53,882 bases of DNA from the NCBI GenBank assembly GCA_945877525.1, contig CAMDVP010000001.1, positions 1 to 53,882 of the forward strand, written 5' to 3'. Within the stretch, counting starts at the first letter, position 1, and every line of letters begins with the position of its first letter. The translations under genes and the position numbers were made by a program. This document shows, one piece after another, positions 45,515 through 52,340 of this stretch. The notes below the pieces were generated by a model, which ran no database searches, was not told the origin of the DNA, and saw only the letters and a list, made by a program, of their open reading frames with translations. This stretch comes from an uncultured Clostridia bacterium (GTDB lineage Bacteria > Bacillota > Clostridia > Christensenellales > Aristaeellaceae).

Positions 45515-45994
45515 TCAGAAAAAAAGCTCTTTGTTCGCACGCAGCTGAGTAAGAAGCTTGAGCAGACGCCGGTTGATGCAGGAGTGTGACACATGCATCA
45601 GTCGCGCGATTTCTCGTTTTGAACGATGCTGCATGTAATGCATGGTCAACAGTGTGGCGCCAGATTCTGTGACCTGGTTGGCAAACTGCATGATTTCGTT
45701 GATGGTGTCCTTAAGCAAGAAGTCAGCTTCAATGTCTGTATCATCGACAAGGTTATATCGCGCTTCGGCTTCTTCAAAGTTTTCAATGATTCCCATACAT
45801 TTCCAGCGACATAGCTGACAATCACCACAGCAGAGCGAGTAGTTTGGCTGCGCACAACGATGTTCACGACGAGCTAAGTATCTGACATGGTTGTTTTCCT
45901 TGCGGATAGCTTTGATAACAGATTCGGGAACAGGTATTCTCTCTCGATTGATCGTAAGGTACATCGTGCTGACATGGTCAGCGGCCTGAGGCAT
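45515..45994 (-). CDS. Sigma-70 region-4-type HTH regulator with Cys-rich N-terminal part
   Basis: C-terminus ATLLTMHYMQHRSKREIARLMHVSHSCINRRLLKL and an N-terminal CCGDCQLCRWKC cluster. AAAGGAGGG lies 8 nt upstream of the ATG at 45994. Confidence 0.6.
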   Translation of the reverse strand: MPQAADHVSTMYLTINRERIPVPESVIKAIRKENNHVRYLARREHRCAQPNYSLCCGDCQLCRWKCMGIIENFEEAEARYNLVDDTDIEADFLLKDTINEIMQFANQVTESGATLLTMHYMQHRSKREIARLMHVSHSCINRRLLKLLTQLRANKELFF

Positions 45995-46000
45995 GGATAA

Positions 46001-46031
46001 GCCCTCCTTTCGGATGAGCCGAATGGAGGGC
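46001..46031 (-). promoter_or_regulatory. SD-sequestering hairpin in the leader of the sigma-like gene
   Basis: Minus-strand RNA reads GCCCUCC-A-UUCGG-CUCAU-CCGAA-A-GGAGGGC. This gives 12 bp plus one A.A mismatch, and the 3' arm contains the SD. Confidence 0.7.
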
Positions 46032-46081
46032 TAAAGCAAACACTGTCAGTGCATAGCTGAACAGCCGTTTGAAGAAGCAAT

Positions 46082-46093
46082 CTCCATTCGGCT
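46082..46093 (-). promoter_or_regulatory. Upstream 12-nt perfect complement to the anti-SD arm (candidate anti-anti-SD)
   Basis: AGCCGAAUGGAG (46093->46082) is the exact complement of CUCCAUUCGGCU (46028->46017). Confidence 0.6.
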
Positions 46094-46260
46094 ACAGCGG
46101 CACTTCCGATGCTGGCTGTATCGTATGATGTTCGAGGTGTTTCATGCGGAAGCGACTTTGATCAGAAGCCATCATGATTCATCTCGGCGATCTTTTTCCG
46201 GATCGCGTACATACAGTACCAGATTTCGCTTGAAAACCAAATTCAGTTTTTGAAAGATGA

Positions 46261-46285
46261 AAAGCCTTATAAATCAAGGCTTTTT
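46261..46285. terminator. Bidirectional-looking intrinsic terminator in the intergenic region
   Basis: AAAGCCTT-ataaatc-AAGGCTTT is followed by TT on the plus strand and by a T-rich tract on the minus strand. Confidence 0.5.
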
Positions 46286-46383
46286 GGGAATGCGTTATTT
46301 CGGCGGTTTTGAAAAACCTAGATATTTCAACGCTTTTTCGTTTTCGAGAATTTCAGGCTTTGAAATCCGAAAATGAAATTCTT

Positions 46384-46413
46384 CAAAAAAAAGGAACCGC
46401 TTCACAGCGGTTC
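46384..46413 (-). terminator. Intrinsic terminator after the 621-aa gene
   Basis: Minus strand reads GAACCGCT-gtga-AGCGGTTC followed by CTTTTTTTT, about 10 nt after the stop at 46422. Confidence 0.8.
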
Positions 46414-46421
46414 GAAACATC

Positions 46422-48287
46422 TTACTTATCAAATAGTTGCTTGTGTGTCTCTGTAATTGCGTAAATGTCGTCCATAAACATGCAGTCTATGATGCATTGG
46501 TACCTATAGTATCTAACCATGATTGTGCGTGTAAAGCCAACAATATCAAGAAACAAAGCAGAAAGGGGCGGGGGCAGTCGCAGTCCAACAACCAGCCGTG
46601 TCACGTCTTGAATGGAGTACCTGTAATTATCATCCTTGCACATTCTGCTAATTGTGGCAGGGCTTAAGCCGGAGTTCAATGACAACTCATTTTGCGTTCC
46701 AACACGATCAGCAATCAATTTCTTAAGTGCTGTTGTAGGGCGGCGAGGGAACGTATCCAGGTATTCCATGTTTTTCTCGATGACGTCTTCCGTAGTCATA
46801 CCTGTAATTTCCATCGTATGGATCGTCAGGTATACTTCATTATAGTCGGCGTCAGAGTGCAGTTCTCCCACCTGATAGCCAGTGGTCTCTGAAACATGAT
46901 AGGATTTATGGAAGCGCAAGCAGCATTCGTCGATGTGAGCCAGCGCCCACGCGGTCAACATGGCACGGTTTCCACTATTTCGAATAAACGGTGGAAGGTT
47001 ACAGCACACATGACCATCCGCATAGATATATTGATGTGTGCTGATCAGATTTCGGAAATCAGCATCCGTTTCATATAGGGCGGTGAACTGACTCCGGCTG
47101 ATGACAAAAGTATCATTTGAGCAGAGATTATCTGGATTGAAGGCAAATGGTTCAATATACTTGCCATCGACGAAGTTGTATGCGCCTTTCGCGCCAACAG
47201 ACCCCATCGTAATAAGCCTGGTCTTGATGAGCGACTTGGATTTTTGCTTGTCAGACGCAATCTGATATATTACATTTGAGATCTTTTGCCCCAAATTGAC
47301 CTGCGTATTGGCAACTTCGGCCCAATACTTATTTACAAGGGGAGTAATCACGGGACGAGGAAACATTGCGGCAATGCCAACAAAACTGGCCTGCCGTTCA
47401 ACCCATCGCACATCCTTCTCAGCTGGTTTGGAATGCTTGTCAGCTTCCACATATTTCAGCAGCCGAAGATCTGCAGCATGGAGTTCCTGCAGTTCAAAAA
47501 ACATGGAATGCCACTCGTAGTGCCCACATTCATGATAGATTTCACGCTCCATATCTCCTTGATGAAGCCTGTTCTCATTGATTAGGATTGTCTTTTCTGG
47601 GACTGTCATATCTTGAAAGCCTTCATCATCTGTCGCTGAACCTATTGCCCCGGAAGCAACTACTCGAGCATGTCCCTCTTTGAAATACAAAATGGCAGAA
47701 GTGTGATGATTACGATAAAGGGAAACGCGCTTAATCTTCAGCCCCATAGCTTCTGCCAGTGCTGTTGCGCCGTTTTCCTGATACGTCATGGCGGCATGCT
47801 CACCTATATACCTACGCAGCAACTGTAACACCATGATTTCCATCTCATCATAGGTTAGAACTGGCACAAGGTATTTCGACAGCCGTGGAAATTTGCGCTC
47901 AGGAAGACAACAGGTACTGAGCTCCTTGATACCCGGATGCAGCGTGATGCCGCCATCAAGCGTGAATTCAGTAGAAAAGTTGATGTAGCGGACATAGTAT
48001 CTGGGAATACCGCTGTCTTGAGATAGTCCGATTTTGGTTCGCATTCGGATATCAGCGAGAAGATGAGTCCTGTCTTTCCACCACAGATCCGTGCGAACAA
48101 TCTTGCTATCGTTCCGATCAACAACCACTTTTCCATTGCCAACATCAATTTCCAGGTTTTCAACGATGCCAAGTTCAATCCCGGCACAGACTTCATCCAG
48201 CAGTTCATCCATATAGTGATTGCTGATGTAGTCCTGCATGTTCTGCAACACAGGAGCAACTGCTTTTTTCTTACCCTGTTCGCTCAT
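46422..48287 (-). CDS. Large ImmA/IrrE (M78)-type HExxH metallopeptidase-domain protein with C-terminal HTH
   Basis: ALAEAMGLKIKRV...ILINEN...EREIYHECGHYEWH...VERQASFVGIAAMFP matches the ImmA/IrrE pattern. The C-terminus TQNELSLNSGLSPATISRMCKD is HTH-like. The N-terminal part (about 150 aa) and the middle part (about 190 aa) are unassigned. Confidence 0.7.
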   Translation of the reverse strand: MSEQGKKKAVAPVLQNMQDYISNHYMDELLDEVCAGIELGIVENLEIDVGNGKVVVDRNDSKIVRTDLWWKDRTHLLADIRMRTKIGLSQDSGIPRYYVRYINFSTEFTLDGGITLHPGIKELSTCCLPERKFPRLSKYLVPVLTYDEMEIMVLQLLRRYIGEHAAMTYQENGATALAEAMGLKIKRVSLYRNHHTSAILYFKEGHARVVASGAIGSATDDEGFQDMTVPEKTILINENRLHQGDMEREIYHECGHYEWHSMFFELQELHAADLRLLKYVEADKHSKPAEKDVRWVERQASFVGIAAMFPRPVITPLVNKYWAEVANTQVNLGQKISNVIYQIASDKQKSKSLIKTRLITMGSVGAKGAYNFVDGKYIEPFAFNPDNLCSNDTFVISRSQFTALYETDADFRNLISTHQYIYADGHVCCNLPPFIRNSGNRAMLTAWALAHIDECCLRFHKSYHVSETTGYQVGELHSDADYNEVYLTIHTMEITGMTTEDVIEKNMEYLDTFPRRPTTALKKLIADRVGTQNELSLNSGLSPATISRMCKDDNYRYSIQDVTRLVVGLRLPPPLSALFLDIVGFTRTIMVRYYRYQCIIDCMFMDDIYAITETHKQLFDK

Positions 48288-48302
48288 TCATAAGCCTCCA
48301 CA

Positions 48303-49544
48303 TTATGAGTACATCATACTGGGCATGTGAACCAAATGCCGGTCATCTTTAGGCATATGCAGATCACCCAGCAACGCAGCTGGAATAATTGCCTGATTGC
48401 CAAAGCGCCCACGTATTGCATCAATGCAATCGTCCAGTTTCTGCCTACGCATTCGCTTTTCCATGTCACCAAACATATCAATCTGAATGCTCTGCGTGCT
48501 TGATACCAGGTTGATTCCCGTAACAGTAATCGCGCGAACTGGCTTTAGCCAACGATACCGCTGATTGAACAGCAATCTCGCAGCCTGAGCAATCTCAAGC
48601 GGACTCTGTGACGGGTATGAAAGCTGCGCCTGCGCGATTTCGTACCCCAATTCATTATCACGTACACAAACTCTTACCCCTCTTGCAGATAGCCCATAGC
48701 AGCGCAGACGATGCCCAATGTCCTGGGAAAGATCCAATATGACTTTCCAGACTTCATCCTCTGAGTGTAAGTCTGCATTACAGGTGATCCCGTGCCCGAC
48801 GCTTTTAATTGGTTCTTCATAGCCGTCCGGCTTGATTCTGTAGCGATCCTCTCCATTGGCAGTGATCCAGAGATCTATACCGTTTTTGCCAAACCAGCTC
48901 CGAAGATACTGTGGATCGGTATGGGCAAGGTCGCCAATTGTGAGTACGTTGCGATCCATGAGCTTCTTTGCTGTTCGGGGGCCAACAAAAAGCAGATCCG
49001 ATACGGGCAGTTGCCAAACACGCTCCCTCCAGTGTTCAGTATCCAGCACGGTAATGGCATCCGGCTTCTTCATGTCGCTCCCGAGTTTCGCTAAGATTTT
49101 GCTAAAAGAGACACCAATCGACACAGTAATGCCCAATTCATCTTTAACTGTTTGTCGAATGTCTTCGGCAATTTGGGTACCATTACCATGGATTTTGTCG
49201 CTTCCTGTAACATCGAGCCAGCATTCGTCCATGCCATAAGGTTCTACGAGATCTGTGTATCGACGATAGATATTTCGAAGCAGCATGGAAAAGCGATTGT
49301 ACTGCTCATAGTGTGGCGGAACACAGATCAGCCCCGGACAGGCTTGCCGTGCTTCCCAATTTGCTTGCCCCGTCTTCACGCCCATCCGCTTTGCCTTCTC
49401 GCTTTTCGCCAGGACGATTCCATGCCGATCATCCTCGCTTCCGCATACAGCGACGGCCTTGCCTTGCAGTTCCCGGTTGAGGAGCATTTCAACAGCGGCA
49501 TAAAAACAGTTCGCATCACTATGCAAGATAACGCGGTCGTTCAA
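48303..49544 (-). CDS. dinB: Y-family DNA polymerase (DinB/Pol IV-like)
   Basis: HSDANCFYAAVE, GIVLAKSEKAKRMGVKTG and MDECWLDVTG motifs. TTG start follows AAGGAGGTG. Confidence 0.85.
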   Translation of the reverse strand: MNDRVILHSDANCFYAAVEMLLNRELQGKAVAVCGSEDDRHGIVLAKSEKAKRMGVKTGQANWEARQACPGLICVPPHYEQYNRFSMLLRNIYRRYTDLVEPYGMDECWLDVTGSDKIHGNGTQIAEDIRQTVKDELGITVSIGVSFSKILAKLGSDMKKPDAITVLDTEHWRERVWQLPVSDLLFVGPRTAKKLMDRNVLTIGDLAHTDPQYLRSWFGKNGIDLWITANGEDRYRIKPDGYEEPIKSVGHGITCNADLHSEDEVWKVILDLSQDIGHRLRCYGLSARGVRVCVRDNELGYEIAQAQLSYPSQSPLEIAQAARLLFNQRYRWLKPVRAITVTGINLVSSTQSIQIDMFGDMEKRMRRQKLDDCIDAIRGRFGNQAIIPAALLGDLHMPKDDRHLVHMPSMMYS

Positions 49545-49592
49545 ATCGTCAGCACCTCCTTGATGATGCTAAACATCTCATCACAAAGACTA

Positions 49593-49621
49593 TTGACATT
49601 TAACCACACATTCGCTATAAT
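49593..49621 (+). promoter_or_regulatory. Perfect-consensus sigma-A promoter directed rightward toward the XRE gene
   Basis: TTGACA (49593-49598), a 17-nt spacer and TATAAT (49616-49621). Confidence 0.75.
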
Positions 49622-49649
49622 GCGTATGTGGTTAAACATCGCATTTAGG

Positions 49650-49678
49650 ATTATAGCGCGGTTAAACATCATTGTCAA
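49650..49678 (-). promoter_or_regulatory. Perfect-consensus sigma-A promoter directed leftward toward dinB
   Basis: Minus strand has TTGACA (49678->49673), a 17-nt spacer and TATAAT (49655->49650). Confidence 0.75.
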
Positions 49679-49716
49679 CATGGTATTGTGATGTTTAACA
49701 TTACAGGAGGGTGCCT

Positions 49717-50142
49717 ATGACATTCGGAGAGAAGATCAAAACGCTGAGAAACGAAAAAGGCTGGTCTCAGGATGAACTGGCGAAGAAGTTGGGCGTAAAT
49801 AGGCGCGCAATCAGTTGTTACGAAAACGGGACTTCATATCCGCGCACCATGGAACGCTATCAACAGCTGGCAGAGATCTTTGGTGTCGAAGTGAATTACT
49901 TGCGCACCGAGAATGAGGTGTTCATGGAGGAAGTCGGCGCACAGTATGGGCGACGCGGCATACTGCAGGCGAAAGACATCCTCGAGCAGACAGCGCAGCT
50001 TTTTGCCGGTGGCAGTCTTTCGGACGAGGATCAACTCGCGTTTATGACAGAAATGCAGCAGCTGTATCTGGACTCGAAGCAGCGTGCCAAGAAGTACACA
50101 CCGAAGAAGTATTTGAAGGTTCAGCTACCCGATGAAGAATAA
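49717..50142 (+). CDS. XRE/Cro-C1-type repressor (ImmR-like)
   Basis: MTFGEKIKTLRNEKGWSQDELAKKLGVNRRAISCYENG. ATG at 49717 lies 6 nt after AGGAGG; the track start at 49711 is a GTG inside the spacer. Confidence 0.85.
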   Translation: MTFGEKIKTLRNEKGWSQDELAKKLGVNRRAISCYENGTSYPRTMERYQQLAEIFGVEVNYLRTENEVFMEEVGAQYGRRGILQAKDILEQTAQLFAGGSLSDEDQLAFMTEMQQLYLDSKQRAKKYTPKKYLKVQLPDEE

Positions 50143-50169
50143 GATTTCTGATGAAGGGAGCTGATTCAT

Positions 50170-50697
50170 GTGAATTTGGATATATATGAAGATGCAGAAC
50201 GCTTGGCAAAACGTTACGGAACTCGCGATCCATTTGAGCTGCTGGACGTTATGAATGTGGTTGTGAAGTTTACGGATAAGTTTCCGAAGGATGGCTTAAA
50301 GGGATTTTGCACCTTTATGAATAAAACGAAGTATGTCGTCATCAACGATAGACTATCCTCAATTGAGGCGCGTGTCGTTGCCGGTCATGAAGCTGGACAT
50401 ATCATCCGGCATGCCACTGAACTGAAAGTCGGTGCATTCCAGGACAATGACATTTATATGGCCACCGGGAAAAAGGAGCGCGAGGCAAATGTCTTTGCGG
50501 CTGATTTTCTGATTCGTGACGCTGATGTCCTCGAACTGATGCAGTCCTGTGACTCCAATTTTTTCAATGTTTCCAAAGCGTTGCGTATTCCCGCCCCGTT
50601 CTTTGCGTTCAAACTGTACAGTATGGTGGAGAGGGGCCATGCTATGCGGATGCCCGTTGATCTGGACAGCACATTTCTTGCGCGAAAGAGGTGTTGA
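50170..50697 (+). CDS. ImmA/IrrE-family metallopeptidase (anti-repressor protease)
   Basis: HEAGHIIRH (HExxH) and EREANVFAADFLI. GTG start follows GGGAG. The gene lies immediately downstream of the XRE gene. Confidence 0.8.
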   Translation: MNLDIYEDAERLAKRYGTRDPFELLDVMNVVVKFTDKFPKDGLKGFCTFMNKTKYVVINDRLSSIEARVVAGHEAGHIIRHATELKVGAFQDNDIYMATGKKEREANVFAADFLIRDADVLELMQSCDSNFFNVSKALRIPAPFFAFKLYSMVERGHAMRMPVDLDSTFLARKRC

Positions 50698-50700
50698 CGG

Positions 50701-50988
50701 ATGAAAGATGAGAGAGCGCGAAAGGTATATGTTCAGGTGAAAGTGGATTTTTCACCTGAAGGCCAGATGCGCCCACGCGAACTGATATGGGAAGATGGAG
50801 CGAGGTATGAGATTGATCGCATTCTTGATGTAAAGCAAGCTGCTGAGCTAAAGTGCGGTGGGCAAGGAGACCGATACACGATCATGGTGCGAGGGAAGGA
50901 AAGGCATTTGTTTTTTGAGCGCAATGGATCTGTCACTGGGAGAAACATTGGGCGTTGGTTTGTCCCCTGCTCCCGTTCGGCGAGCTAG
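50701..50988 (+). CDS. Hypothetical protein, third gene of the XRE/ImmA operon
   Basis: 95-aa ORF whose ATG lies 3 nt after the ImmA stop, followed by a terminator. Confidence 0.5.
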   Translation: MKDERARKVYVQVKVDFSPEGQMRPRELIWEDGARYEIDRILDVKQAAELKCGGQGDRYTIMVRGKERHLFFERNGSVTGRNIGRWFVPCSRSAS

Positions 50989-51025
50989 AATCACAAGAGT
51001 TGATAAAGAACCCCATATCGGTTTT

Positions 51026-51053
51026 CTCCGGGATAGTTTTCCCGGAGTTTTTT
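51026..51053 (+). terminator. Intrinsic terminator
   Basis: CTCCGGG-atagtttt-CCCGGAG followed by TTTTTT. Confidence 0.8.
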
Positions 51054-51182
51054 ATTGCAGTCCAAAGAAAAATCGCAACAAGAATCACATTTGCCGCTTG
51101 GTAGGATTCCATTTGGCATCGCTCCGCACATGTCTTAGATGAGGGAAGAATACGAACTTCGTCCTAAGGAGGAGATGATAAG

Positions 51183-51413
51183 ATGCAAATGAACATCATG
51201 CAGGAACAGAAAACTACCCATATGACGCCTGCTGAATCCACCAAACCGGAACGGCGCTGCTATACCGTAGATGAAGTGATGGAATTTCTGGGCGTTGGAC
51301 GCAAAGCAGTTTATTCGCTGATTCACAGGAAGGCGTTCCCTGCCATTCGCATCAACAATCTGGGGTACCGCATTCCTAAGGAGTCTTTCAATTCCTGGCT
51401 GCTTCAGAAGTGA
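51183..51413 (+). CDS. xis: Excisionase-type (MerR-like HTH_17) small DNA-binding protein
   Basis: CYTVDEVMEFLGVGRKAVYSLIHRKAFPAIRINNLGYRIPKESFNSWL. SD is AAGGAGGAG. Confidence 0.7.
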   Translation: MQMNIMQEQKTTHMTPAESTKPERRCYTVDEVMEFLGVGRKAVYSLIHRKAFPAIRINNLGYRIPKESFNSWLLQK

Positions 51414-51506
51414 AGCAGCCAAGCTCGAAAGCTCATCGACAGCCTCAAACTTTTGCGAGCGCTGTGCTATCATCTTTATTAGCAGTCTGAAAGAAAGGGG
51501 GGAATC

Positions 51507-52322
51507 TTGGCTATGGACAGGGAAGCAACGACCATGTCTGTCCGTGAAATGAGGGAGCTGTTGGGGATCAAAAAAACTGACAGCTACTGGCTGCTCAAGA
51601 AAAACTGCTTTGAAGTCGTAAAGATTGCCGGGAAGATGCGGATTGTGAAGAAGAGTTTTGAAAACTGGTATGCTGGACAGACGCATTATCGCAAGGTCAG
51701 CGGAGAAGAACCCGGAAAGCAGCTTGAGACAGAGTTTTACTCCGCACAGAAAATCGGTGAAATGCTGGGCATTAAGACCTGCAGCGTTTATGACCTCATC
51801 CAGTCTGCAGGACTGAGGACAGTCGTAATCGACAACAGGCTGAGGGTTCCGCGAGAAGTGTTCGATACATGGTATGCAGGCCAGAATCATTACCGTGTTG
51901 CGCAGGATCGAGAACGTGACCGATTGCTTGAGGAAAGCTCCATGACCGTTCCGGAACTTGGCAGACTGCTGGGCTTGGATCGCAGACAGGCTTGGAAGCT
52001 ACACACCAAGGTGAAATCCGCGTTCGTTACCATCCGTGTTGCAGGAAAACCAAGGGTAACGAAACAGAGCTTTGAGTCCTGGTATCAGAATCAGGCAGAG
52101 TATACCAAGGTTACTGTCCAAGCATCTGATGGGTTTTCTTGCGCCGTCAGTAATAAGCCTTTCTGCCCACTGAATGAGGCGTCTCAGCTATCGGGTATTC
52201 CTGAGCGGGATCTTTACAGAATGATACAATCCCATGATCTCCAAGGAAAGAAGATTGGGAAGAACTGGTATATCCGTCAAGAAGAAATGCAGGACATAAT
52301 GAACCAGAGAAAAGGAACTTGA
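51507..52322 (+). CDS. Protein made of four tandem excisionase-type HTH modules
   Basis: The pattern (S/T)xxExxxLLGxxxxxxYxLxxx....(V/I)xxxGxxR(V/I)xxxSFExWYxxQxxY occurs four times. The start is either TTG at 51507 or ATG at 51513, after AAAGGGGGG. Confidence 0.7.
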   Translation: MAMDREATTMSVREMRELLGIKKTDSYWLLKKNCFEVVKIAGKMRIVKKSFENWYAGQTHYRKVSGEEPGKQLETEFYSAQKIGEMLGIKTCSVYDLIQSAGLRTVVIDNRLRVPREVFDTWYAGQNHYRVAQDRERDRLLEESSMTVPELGRLLGLDRRQAWKLHTKVKSAFVTIRVAGKPRVTKQSFESWYQNQAEYTKVTVQASDGFSCAVSNKPFCPLNEASQLSGIPERDLYRMIQSHDLQGKKIGKNWYIRQEEMQDIMNQRKGT

Positions 52323-52340
52323 TTGAGAGGAGGACGTTCA

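Larger units (their letters stand above)
49568..49699. promoter_or_regulatory. Array of five GTTAAACATC-type operator-like 10-mers at about 30-bp spacing
   Basis: Perfect copies lie at 49631-49640 and 49661-49670, and a perfect inverted copy at 49690-49699. A 9/10 copy lies at 49568-49577 and an 8/10 inverted copy at 49595-49604. Confidence 0.65.

Noticed and set aside
46200-46360. Recurrent TTTGAAA-like words in the AT-rich spacer (about 46229, 46248, 46307 and 46358).
   Set aside because: The spacing is irregular, the words are of low complexity in AT-rich DNA, and there is no symmetry. This is not distinguishable from chance by eye.
51135-51890. A 251-aa minus-strand ORF overlapping the Xis-like genes.
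   Set aside because: The plus-strand frames here encode clear repeated HTH modules with good SDs. The minus-strand product has no recognisable features.
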